The notes under the pieces: model-generated | What the model was told of the DNA's origin: nothing | Database searches by the model: none | What the model saw: only the letters and a program-made list of their open reading frames with translations | Made by a program: the position numbers and the translations under genes | Assembly (NCBI GenBank): GCA_051362555.1 | Contig: CM120643.1 | Span: 11,382,644 to 11,446,643, forward strand | Reading direction: 5' to 3' | Length of the DNA stretch: 64,000 bases | Source of the DNA: Lingula anatina | Lineage: Eukaryota; Animalia; Brachiopoda | Part shown: piece after piece, positions 45,001 to 56,615 of the stretch | How the letters are laid out: each line of letters opens with the position of its first letter | Numbering within the stretch: position 1 is the stretch's first letter

Positions 45001-48000
45001 TGGATCATCTTTAAAGCTAGAATTGGGGGCCTTGATGAAGTGACCCGGGCGCGTTTCCACATTTTTTATGAATGACAGGTGTGGTAGATTGATTTTCGTC
45101 ACTTTTTGGAAAAATCGGAGACGGGTCGATTTTTGGTGATTTTGAGTGATTTTGAACAGTGCCGGCACTGTGAGATTTCTTCAATTTTGGCCAGGTAGGG
45201 ATGAAAAATTTTTTTCTTCATTATAGTGTCAGGTAGGAATGTTCGGTCATTTGTAGTAAGAATAAAGTGCTGGAATAGTGGTGGTGTCAACATTAAGGAA
45301 GAAATAGAGCAAAAACTCTGTCTCCCCCCCCCCCCCCCCCCTCTCAGATTCTGTTCTCAGAGCTTATTTTTGGATCATCTTTAAAGCTAGAATTGGGGGC
45401 CTTGATGAAGTGACCCGGGCGCGTTTCCACATTTTTGAACAGTGCCGGCACTGTGAGATTTCTTCAATTTTGGCCAGGTAGGGATGAAAATTTTTTTTCT
45501 TCATTATAGTGTCAGGTAGGTGTGTTCGGTCATTTGTAGTAAGAATAAAGTGCTGGAAGAGTGGTGGTGTCAACATTAAGGAAGAAATAGAGCAAAAACT
45601 CTGTCTCCCCCCCCCTCTCAGATTCTGTTCTCAGAGCTTATTTTTGGATCATCTTTAAAGCTAGAATTGGGGGCCTTGATGAAGTGACCCGGGTGCGTTT
45701 CCACATTTTTTATGAATGACAGGTGTGGTAGATTGATTTTCGTCACTTTTTGGAAAAATCGGAGACGGGTCGATTTTTGGTGATTTTGAGTGATTTTGAA
45801 CAGTGCCGGCACTGTGAGATTTCTTCAATTTTGGCCAGGTAGGGATGAAAATTTTTTTTCTTCATTATAGTGTCAGGTAGATGTGTTCGGTCATTTGTAG
45901 TAAGAATAAAGTGCTGGAAGAGTGGTGGTGTCAACATTAAGGAAGAAATAGAGCAAAAACTCTGTCTCCCCCCCCCCCCTCTCAGATTCTGTTCTCAGAG
46001 CTTATTTTTGGATCATCTTTAAAGCTATAATTGGGGGCCTTGATGAAGTGACCCGGGCGCGTTTCCACATTTTTTATGAATGACAGGTGTGGTAGATTGA
46101 TTTTCGTCACTTTTTGGAAAAATTGGAGACGGGTCGATTTTTGGTGATTTTGAGTGATTTTGAACAGTGCCGGCACTGTGAGATTTCTTCAATTTTGGCC
46201 AGGTAGGGATGAAAATTTTTTTTCTTCATTATAGTGTCAGGTAGGTGTGTTCAGTCATTTGTAGTAAGAATAAAGTGCTGGAAGAGTGGTGGTGTCAACA
46301 TTAAGGAAGAAATAGAGCAAAAACTCTGTCTCCCCCCCCCCTCTCAGATTCTGTTCTCAGAGCTTATTTTTGGATCATCTTTAAAGCTAGAATTGGGGGC
46401 CTTGATGAAGTGACCCGGGCGCGTTTCCACATTTTTTATGAATGACAGGTGTGGTAGATTGATTTTCGTCACTTTTTGGAAAAATCGGAGACGGGTCGAT
46501 TTTTGGTGATTTTGAGTGATTTTGAACAGTGCCGGCACTGTGAGATTTCTTCAATTTTGGCCAGGTAGGGATGAAAATTTTTTTTCTTCATTATAGTGTC
46601 AGGTAGGTGTGTTCGGTCATTTGTAGTAAGAATGAAGTGCAGGAAGAGTGGTGGTGTCAACATTAAGGAAGAAATAGAGCAAAAACTCTGTCTCCCCCCC
46701 CCCCCCCCCCCGTCTCAGATTCTGTTCTCAGAGCTTATTTTTGGATCATCTTTAAAGCTAAAATTGGGGGCCTTGATGAAGTGACCCGGGCGCGTTTCCA
46801 CATTTTTTATGAATGACAGGTGTGGTAGATTGATTTTCGTCACTTTTTGGAAAAATCGGAGACGGGTCGATTTTTTGTGATTTTGAGTGATTTTGAACAG
46901 TGCCGGCACTGTGAGATTTCTTCAATTTTGGCCAGGTAGGGATGAAAATTATTTTTCTTCATTATAGTGTCAGGTAGGTGTGTTCGGTCATTTGTAGTAA
47001 GAATAAAGTACAGGAAGAGTGGTGGTGTCAACATTAAGGAAGAAATAGAGCAAAAACTCTGTCTCCCCCCCCCCCTCTCAGATTCTGTTCTCAGAGCTTA
47101 TTTTTGGATCATCTTTAAAGCTAGAATTGGGGGCCTTGATGAAGTGACCCGGGCGCGTTTCCACATTTTTTATGAATGACAGGTGTGGTAGATTGATTTT
47201 CGTCACTTTTTGGAAAAATCGGAGACGGGTCGATTTTTGGTGATTTTGAGTGATTTTGAACAGTGCCGGCACTGTGAGATTTCTTCAATTTTGGCCAGGT
47301 AGGGATGAAATTTTTTTTTCTTCTTTATAGTGTCAGGTAGGTGTGTTCTGTCATTTGTAGTAAGAATAAAGTGCTGGAAGAGTGGTGGTGTCAACATTAA
47401 GGAAGAAATAGAGCAAAAACTCTGTCTCTCCCCCCCCTCTCAGATTCTGTTCTCAGAGCTTATTTTTGGATCATCTTTAAAGCTAGAATTGGGGGCCTTG
47501 ATGAAGTGACCCGGGCGCGTTTCCACATTTTTTATGAATGACAGGTGTGGTAGATTGATTTTCGTCACTTTTTGGAAAAATCGGAGACGGGTCGATTTTG
47601 GTGATTTTGAGTGATTTTGAACAGTGCCGGCACTGTGAGATTTCTTCAATTTTGGCCAGGTAGGGATGAAAATTTTTTTTCTTCATTATAGTGTCAGGTA
47701 GGTGTGTTCAGTCATTTGTAGTAAGAATAAAGTGCTGGAAGAGTGGTGGTGTCAACATTAAGGAAGAAATAGAGCAAAAACTCTGTCTCCCCCCCCCCCC
47801 CCTCAGATTCTGTTCTCAGAGCTTATTTTTGGATCATCTTTAAAGCTAGAATTGGGGGCCTTGATGAAGTGACCCGGGTGCGTTTTTTTTCTTCATTATA
47901 GTGTCAGGTAGGTGTGTTTGGTCATTTTTAGTCAGTATAAAGTACTAGAACAGTGGTTTTGTCAACATGAAGGAAGAAATAGAGCAAATATTTTGGCCTA

Positions 48001-48060
48001 TCCCCCGTTTTAGCTATGTTCTCTGAGGTTATTTTTTGGATTATCTTTAAAGCTCTATTA
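1..48060. repeat. Tandem satellite array, ~360-365 bp monomer (~130 copies), continuing off the left edge
   Basis: Near-identical unit (...CTCTGTCT-polyC-TCTCAGATTCTGTTCTCAGAGC...GAAGTGACCCGGGCGCGTTTCCAC...ACAGTGCCGGCACTGT...) recurs every ~361 bp. Length varies mainly in the poly-C tract. The last monomer (~47880-48060) is degenerate. Confidence 0.99.
32520..37860. repeat. Divergent satellite subfamily block (type B, ~15 monomers)
   Basis: Same monomer frame with many fixed diagnostic changes (TAAGGTCCGGATATGGCAG, CAAATCCTGTTCTCAGGTGTGCTTTCTGGC, GTGAGGGTAAAG). A/B chimeric monomers at ~32520, ~34270, ~36410 and ~37860. Confidence 0.95.
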
Positions 48061-49147
48061 AGAGATTATTGCAAAAAAAAATTTTTTTTTTTTTTTGAAA
48101 AAAGTCAGAAACTAACATTAAATGTAGAAATGGATTCATTAACATTTGGTAACATTTTTTGGCAAAAACAAACAGTTAAATATCACCAAAATTGCACATA
48201 TAGGAATGTACCATTATTATATACACATGATCAGTATTTCATAATCGTAAGCTAGGTGCAGTCTTAGTTTGATTATTTGGTAGCAGACACAGGATATTGG
48301 AGCTACTATTATTTTGGCAAAGCAAAGGACACCAGGCTAGGCAGTGAAAAAAAAATAGAATTTTCTCTTCTAGTTGGTCATGTTAACATTTGTGGCAGAT
48401 GAAATTATTTTTTTAAAAAATCTCTCTATTACGGTGCCTTAAACTCACTGTCAGTACTACTGACAATATTATTATGAAACTATTATGAAACTACAAAGAC
48501 AAATTTTAAAACCAATAAAAAGGAAATAACAGCTAAAAAGACCATTTTACAATAATATTCTTTCATTCTGTTTATACTGAATAAATATCAAATTTCCATG
48601 ACAGTTTATAAGTGTCTTTACTACTTCACGCTAATAGCATTTTTAAGTAATGCATGTTTAATTGGTGAATAGCTTTTGCTTGGAGAAATGTGACCTCTCT
48701 TTGGGAGGGACCGTATCTTGATTGTTTTAAGATTGCACCGACTCACTTGTTTAATAAAATTTATTTTGTTTCAAGGCAGTTATTGGTTATTTGAAAAATA
48801 ATGGCAGATTTAAGCTTGAAATATCAGGGTGTTCTCTTTTTGTTAAGTTTATTACTGATGATGACGCTGCATTGTACCAACTCAATATGCAGAAACTAAT
48901 TGGGCCTGCATCAACTTTTCTCAAAGTTGCAAATACATAACGGGAGGCTTTATTTTGTCTAAAGTCTTTGCATGTATATGTTGAATCGTTTGAAAAGCAG
49001 ATCTAAAATAATCAGATTTGGCACATAATACTCGGCATTAAGACGTATGATCTTGTATGACCTGCAAAGTAAAAAAATATGTAGGTTTTGAATTATTCAG
49101 GGGGTTTTAGTGGCAAATAAGCGTAAAACAATTCAACCTCATTGGTA

Positions 49148-49185
49148 TAGCTTTTCTTTGATATTTGTTGGTCCTGAAAAGGACC
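49148..49185 (-). terminator. H4 histone 3' stem-loop and histone downstream element (HDE)
   Basis: Minus strand GGTCCTTTTCAGGACC (49170-49185), followed by purine-rich AAAGAAAAGCTA. Confidence 0.95.
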
Positions 49186-49211
49186 GTTTGTTTTCTCATT
49201 GAAAGATTTCC

Positions 49212-49532
<321 letters not shown>

Positions 49533-49544
49533 TCAAGGCTATAG

Positions 49545-49636
49545 TCAGAATGATGAAAAATTTTCAATTTTGGATTATAAATACCTTCTTATCCGACGCC
49601 AACGACCTTCAGTAATGAATCTTAATTTGATTGGTC
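49545..49636 (-). promoter_or_regulatory. H4 core promoter (CCAAT, TATA, CATTC cap motif)
   Basis: Minus strand CCAAT (~49631-49635), TATTTATAA (~49576-49584) and CATCATTC (~49548-49555) about 30 nt downstream of the TATA. Confidence 0.7.
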
Positions 49637-49898
49637 CAAACCATCAAATGTTTGCTTCACTCTCCATGCAGAGTCCCTGCTCGTTGAGAGTTAGAAAGGA
49701 TCTCTCTGCTTTGAGAGTAGACAATAATGTTCATGTCAATAATAAACTCTTCTTCTACGGGTGAGGGGGCCAAGACTACATTTATTTAAACGACTACAAT
49801 AGCAGAAAAACTTAGTACACTTCACTTTTTTACTTTCTCAATAAACACTTTATTTGTCGACACATAAATATGCGTGCCATTTGTGCACTATGCCTCGG

Positions 49899-52119
49899 CT
49901 TGTAGCCTGTAGTATAAGTTTGCAACGGCAAAGCCGTTGCGGGAAAGTTACGAGGTCTCATGCATCGAGATGCAAGAGCCTCTTTCAATCCCCGAGTTCT
50001 TGTATATTGTCTTCTACCTCTATTGCTGTTGCACGTCTGTCCGTGGTGGTATTTTGGGTGGCTTGGATTTTTTCTTTTTTCTTTTTTTTTTTTTTTCTTT
50101 CTCCTTCCTCTTACGCTGGCCGCCCCTCCAGCTTGTGTATTTTTTTCCAGATGATTCTTTTCTTTCTTTTTTTTTTTTCCTTGTTTCCGCCGTGATTATT
50201 CCAATTCTTTCACCTTGTCTCCGATCGTCGGGTGACCAGATTTTTTCCTTAATTTTGAATTGGTGTTGCCCTTTTCAGGGGCAGTGGTATTTTCTCCGGT
50301 CGTCGGGAGACCGAAGCCGCCAGGTTTTTCGTGCACGATCTGTATCATTATTTATATAAATCAAGGGTAGTATTTTTGCCTGGTTTGCTTAGTATTATGT
50401 TTTTCAGCTTTAGTTCTTTAAATAGGAGGTTATTTTCAAACCTGCTGATTGTTTTTGTGCCCAGAAAAAATAGTCTGCTTGATATATATTCAATGTTGGC
50501 CAGCTCGTGCAGAGTTGTAATTCGGGTACTTGTAGGAAGTTTGAGTGCTATGCGTAGCGCTCTATTTTGAATTTTTTGGAGGTCGTTGAGCCTTGTTTTT
50601 TTGGTAGCCGCTAGTATGACCGCACCGTATTCGAGTATGGGTCGAATGAATGATTTGTATAATTTTAGGAGGCAGGCACTCGAAGCCCCCCAGTTTGTAC
50701 CTCTCAGTCTGATAAGAAGGCCAGTTCTTTTCCTGGCTCTTTTCACTATATTGTCGACGTGTTTTTTAAATGATAGTTTCCTATCAAATGTGATTCCTAG
50801 CAGTGTTACTTCCTCACATGTTTCTAAACGGTCACCAAAAAGTGTGAGGTTGAGCTTAGGTTGTTGATTTGATTTTGAAAAGATGATTAATTGTGTTTTT
50901 TTTGGTGTTTAGTTTAATCCGCCATAGAGAGCACCATAGTTCGAGATCCTTTATCACACCCGTCAGTCTAGTTTCTATGTTTTTGACATTTTTGCATGAT
51001 GTCCACATGCCCAAATCGTCTGCAAATTGAGAGACCTCGGTGTTGTATCTTGGGTTTATTGGTAGGTCGTTCACATATATTAGGAATAGCAACGGGCTGA
51101 TTACAGACCCCTGAGGCGTGCCAGCATTAAGACTTACATATTCGGATGCCTCGCCTTTGATTCTGACCTTGATCTTTCTGTCTTTCAAAAAAGATGACAG
51201 CAAGCGGACAATCTTAACTGGCAGGTTACTATGTGCTAATTTGTACCTTAACCCAGCGTGCCAAACTGAGTCAAAAGCCTTCTCCACGTCCAGCATCATA
51301 GCGCCCGTAGCCCAGCCTTTGTTCATTGCCAATTGTGCACTTTCAGCTAATCTGAGCACATGCTCCATTCCTTCTTTCTTGCTCATGTACGCTCTTTGCC
51401 ATTTATTGAAAAATTGGTCATTTTCTAGTTTTTCTTTTATTCTAGTGGCGATTATTCTCTCGAATAGTTTGCCTAGGCAGCTTAGCAGGCTGATCGGTCT
51501 GTAATTCGTTGTTACTTTGTGATCTTTCTCAGGTTTGGGTATCATTATACCAGTTGCTTTTTTCCATATTGTGGGGAAATATCCCAACTGCAGACAGTTG
51601 TTATAAATGTCGCATAGTTTGTTTTTCAGACATTCAGGCGCTTTTTTAATTATCCCGTTTGTTATTGTGTCGTCACCTGGTGACGTGTTTTTTGTATTTT
51701 TCAGATTTCCGTTAAGTTCATCTATTGTGATTTTATCTAGAATTTTGTGATCGTCCCCTTCTTCTAGTGTCGGGTTAGATAAGGGATCGAATTTGTGTTT
51801 GTTTTTAACGACGTAGTTTTCCACCACCACTTTAAAACCGTCGTCGAATATGACCCCCTCGTGGGTGTTATGTATCTTGCCAAGGGTATTTGCAAATGCA
51901 TTTGCTTTCTCCGCATCGTTTGTTGTAAGTTGCCCATTTTCTTTGAGTACAGGCTTTTCAGATGTTTCTTTAGCAGTGCCAGTGCTAGTTAGCCTTTTAA
52001 ACATGTCCCAGAAGGTCTTGTCCATTTTTCTTTCATTTAGCATAGAGGTAGCGGTTTCCCAAGCTTTTTGTTTTTCTTTTTTGATGGCTTCTTTGACCCG
52101 TTTTGTCATATAGTTGTAC
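49899..52119 (-). mobile_element. 5'-truncated non-LTR retrotransposon (Jockey/I-group LINE) with 14-bp TSD
   Basis: RT half of ORF2 is homologous to 56616-58386. TSD GCACTATGCCTCGG at 49885-49898 and 52120-52133. 3' hairpin at 49922-49940. Confidence 0.95.
50348..52119 (-). pseudogene. Truncated, frameshifted LINE ORF2 (RT and C-terminal domain)
   Basis: Motifs YRPISLL, DVEKAFDSVWH, GTPQGSVISP, QFADD. A +1 base in the T-run at ~50896-50903, relative to the intact copy, splits it into the ORFs 50856-52160 and 50348-50746. No endonuclease domain. Confidence 0.9.
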
Positions 52120-52125
52120 GCACTA

Positions 52126-52756
<631 letters not shown>

Positions 52757-52780
52757 ATTCTGCGTTACTCTCAACAAAAC

Positions 52781-52818
52781 GGTCCTTTTCAGGACCACTA
52801 CAAAAATCAGAAAAGCTA
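52781..52818 (+). terminator. H3 histone 3' stem-loop and HDE
   Basis: GGTCCTTTTCAGGACC at 52781-52796, then CAGAAAAGCTA at 52808-52818. Confidence 0.95.
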
Positions 52819-54066
52819 AACCATAACTGTTGACATGAATTGTGAATTCTGCATTGCCTTCGTAGTTTCATCATAAGTAAAGTTGATAATTAAGTTAATT
52901 GTTAATTAATACCTCATTTCTTTATGATGATTGCTATTTATCTCAATTATACCGACAATTTGTAATTATTGGACTAATGAGCAACTTACGTATCGTTCAC
53001 ATTTCACTTTAGATTCACAAAGGCACTAGATGAATCGGAACAACTCCATACCCAGCACGTTAATTTGTTTTTACCTTAAAGAAGTAATAAGAAGGTTGTA
53101 CAATTCCTTCAAGATCAAAACCAAATTTAATGTTAGGAGCTATCTTAGAGTAGCAATAAAAGGTTAAGAAAATTATAAACATCTCCAAAAAGTACCACAT
53201 TTTTTTTTCACGGAAGGGGAGTAAACCAATCCAGGCATCATTTGATTTTATTTTTTCGTTTATTTGTTGAAGTAATTTGATCTTTTTTTTTATTAAATAA
53301 TACTGAGACAGTAACTTTTTATAGTATGTACACTTTTAATAACAGTTAATTGAAGTTCCTTAAATTCCCATAAGATCCCTGTTTATGCAGTTTTTTTTTT
53401 TTTTAATCAATGTCTCTGCTTTAAGTTACTGCAATTTGTATAAATAAGCTTGATATTAAACTTTACTTATTCATTTATTTTAACAAATTGAGAGATCTGG
53501 AGTCTCCTAAGACGACATGGACAATCCAGCTATCCGTTCGACTTACTCTGATCGACTTACTCTGATCTTTCTGATCTCTAGTTACAAAGTTCTCCTGACA
53601 TATAGTAATACACACAAAAAACAAGTCAGAGATATTGAAGACAATCAACAGAATTAAGACATATTACTAGAGACCTGTAACATAATTAAACTCAGATGGC
53701 TTAAATAGAACTTAACTTGGAGATGAAGCCGTAAATAAAGTTATTCAATCCTTTTAAAACTAAAAACATCCTTAAAAACTTGGTTTGAGTTCTTTCCAAT
53801 GAATAAAATACATTAACATATTCTTGAATATCATTATAACCGAGGCATTCTTCACCAAATGTTGATATAATTTGATTTAAATGTGGAAGTTTCTAAAATG
53901 AAGTTCGGCCGTGAAATCACCACTACATTACAATCATATTCATTTGGATTGTTACAAACTTTTACAAAGACATACACATAAATGCATGGCTACCATATGT
54001 ATACACGGTACAGATTGGTAAAAGAAAGACACTGTGGGGAAAGGAAAAATTAATTACAGTCATAGA

Positions 54067-54918
54067 TACGGAGCTTTGTTAGTATCATATTAACTTTTTT
54101 CCTATTTTCATTTAAGTTTTATTTTATGGAATTTTCACCGCGGTGAAAATAATTTACACCGCGGTGGAAAATAATTTACACCGCGGTGGAAAATAATTTT
54201 CACCGCGGTGGTAATTCCTGGCCATCTCGGCCCGGGTGATGAATAGGTAATGAGAACCTTACATTTGCCAGATGTCGTCACGGTGCATGCTATTGTACAT
54301 ACAGAAGGCTGGTGGATCTGTTCGTGGGGCCACTGCCGTTAACTTAGGTTTCCCATCTATATTTACCACCTATATAATTAAAGTCCCGCTTGCAGTTTTA
54401 TGCAAAGGGAATCCCATTGTTATTACTAAATACTTAACGTTAATTTTGGACAATGTATTTTTAAATATTTGTGTGATGTGTTAACCCATTCATCTTATCT
54501 TAAAAGATGTAATCTCGGTTTCCTTGGAGAGGTTTCTTTCTACCAATACTCCCAATAATACGCGTTATTACAAAGGGAAAAGCGACGTACAACATTGCAG
54601 CATTTTGGTGATTTTTAATCTATGCGAATACTGCCCGCCTCCTCCACATTCCTGGGATGATTGGCACATAGACCGGTTAAACCGCGTGCATGTGCATGTG
54701 AGTGTCTTTATCAACTTCCTTCCCAGAAATCTGGTAATTTTTGGATTCGTATAACCTACATGTATGCATCACCCGGGCTGAGATGGCCAGGAATTACCAA
54801 CGCGGCGAAAATTATTTTCCACCGCGGTGAAAATTAATTCCCACCGCGGTGTAAATTCCGTATAATAAAACTTAAATGAAAATAAGAAAAGTTAATATGA
54901 TACTAACAAAGCTCCGTA
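54067..54918. mobile_element. Non-autonomous TIR DNA transposon (MITE), IS3EU-like termini
   Basis: Long TIRs at 54067-54241 and 54767-54918 starting TACGGAGCTTTGTTAGTATC. 6-bp direct repeat CATAGA at 54061-54066 and 54919-54924. Subterminal CACCGCGGTG palindromic repeats. No transposase. Confidence 0.9.
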
Positions 54919-55612
54919 CATAGAAGTAATGCAATAGTTTGTATTATATTTTTAAAATTAAAAATACATCTTCTCAAAAAGTTCAAGATAAAGTATAGTG
55001 TCATCAGAAGTATAGATATAATATATTGTAATAAAATTAGAAAAAACACTGAAGATTGTGCAACTACATATTGAAGTTAGGTTCAAGTTGAGAAGTAAAT
55101 TGGGGTATATTATTTCTTTATTACACAACATGGAGTAATTATGTGAAAAGCTTTTGGTTTAATTTGTATATGGGAATTAAAAAATGTAACAGATGTCAAT
55201 TAGTTGGGAAAAAAAGTGGTGTTTAATATTTTGAAAGAACAATACATTCAATCTCAGAGAAATGAGGTGTATATTTCACCTGACCAAAAGCACATAAGTT
55301 TAAATGTATGTAATTGATTCAGATGTAAATACCTATGGAAGTTGTAATATGATACTATAAATTTTAGGAAACTTCATGAATACTGACAAGTTTACTTATT
55401 TCATAATACTGGTCCAAAGATTAGATGGATGATATTTTAAGTTACATTATTGGTTATTAGATAAGAGATTTTCTGGAACTAAATTTTGCTTTGAGATAAA
55501 GATATATAAATTCAAAACCTATATAATCATATAAGAATAAGCATTAGAGATGTCCATTATTGAGGGAGATGTTAAAACATACATATATGTTCCATCATAA
55601 TGAACATTGGCA

Positions 55613-55651
55613 TAGCTTTTCCTTGACTATGAGGTGGTCCTGAAAAGGACC
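55613..55651 (-). terminator. H2A histone 3' stem-loop and HDE
   Basis: Minus strand GGTCCTTTTCAGGACC (55636-55651), then CAAGGAAAAGCTA. Confidence 0.95.
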
Positions 55652-55678
55652 GTTTGTTGTAAATTTGCAAACAGCATT

Positions 55679-56056
55679 TTACTTGGCAGCTGCCTTGCTT
55701 TTCTTGGGCAGAAGGACAGCCTGGATGTTTGGCAGAACACCACCCTGGGCAATGGTGACCCCTCCCAACAGCTTGTTCAATTCCTCGTCGTTACGGACAG
55801 CCAACTGCAAGTGACGGGGGACAATTCTGGATTTCTTGTTGTCACGGGCAGCATTTCCCGCCAACTCGAGGACCTCAGCGGCCAGATACTCGAGGACGGC
55901 AGCCAGGTACACTGGGGCACCGGCTCCAACACGCTGGGCGTAGTTACCCTTGCGGAGCAGACGGTGGATTCTGCCCACTGGGAACTGAAGTCCAGCACGG
56001 GATGATCTGCTCTTCCCCTTTGCTCTTGCCTTTCCTCCCTTTCCACGTCCAGACAT
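55679..56056 (-). CDS. H2A: Histone H2A (canonical); ORF intact but separated from its promoter by the LINE
   Basis: 125 aa from ATG at 56056 ([29 protein letters not shown]...[11 protein letters not shown]); 3' stem-loop. Confidence 0.98.
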   Translation of the reverse strand: MSGRGKGGKARAKGKSRSSRAGLQFPVGRIHRLLRKGNYAQRVGAGAPVYLAAVLEYLAAEVLELAGNAARDNKKSRIVPRHLQLAVRNDEELNKLLGGVTIAQGGVLPNIQAVLLPKKSKAAAK

Positions 56057-56254
56057 CTTGTACGTTTTCTTTTGATACAACAATTGACCAAAGAATGGCG
56101 AAATGATGATGTATAGGTATGTGTCGGCGAAGCCGACACGGGAAAGTTACGAAGTCTCGTGCATTAAAATACAAGAGCTTCTTTCAATCCCCAAAACGTG
56201 TTTATTGTCTTCTACCTCTATTGTTTGTCTGTACGTGGTTTTGGCCTCGCTTGG

Positions 56255-56305
<51 letters not shown>

Positions 56306-56615
56306 ACCGTCTCTTTCCAGTTTGCGCGCTGGCCGCCCCTTCCAGCTTGTTAATTTTTTCCAGATGTTTGTTAATATAAATATTTTTATATATAATATAC
56401 ATATATTATATACCTTTTTTCCTCCGCCTTTATAGTATTATTGTGTTTTCTCATTCCATTTCCTTGTCTCTGGTCATCGGGAGCCCAGATGTGTTTATCC
56501 TTATTTTGTGGACTGAGGTTGCCCTTTTCAGGGTTGTATTTTTCCTTTCTTCCTCCGGTCATCGGGAGACCGGGGTCGCTACCGTTAGACCGTTTCATAT
56601 GCACAATTTGTACCA

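Noticed and set aside
158-47686. Hundreds of 60-100 aa ORFs in the satellite
   Set aside because: They are translations of the repeat unit. Frames change with poly-C length and random indels, many use non-ATG starts, and no domain is recognisable.
1-48060. CRISPR-like or tandem RNA-gene (5S, tRNA, snRNA) array
   Set aside because: No unique spacers, a eukaryotic context, and no recognisable 5S, tRNA, snRNA or SL sequence in the monomer. An Rfam scan would be the formal test.
53537-53567. Short tandem duplication (CGACTTACTCTGAT)x2, and similar (ATTATGAAACT)x2 near 48471
   Set aside because: Ordinary slippage duplications in AT-rich spacer with no further structure.
56057-56083. 9-aa N-terminal extension of H2A in the ORF track
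   Set aside because: It starts at a non-ATG codon in the 5' UTR; the canonical start is ATG 56056 (MSGRGK).
56460-56600. Hammerhead ribozyme in the LINE 3' UTR (CCGAUGA...GAAA)
   Set aside because: The core would need CUGAnGA. Here CCGAUGA sits in a closed hairpin loop, and no three-way junction could be drawn.
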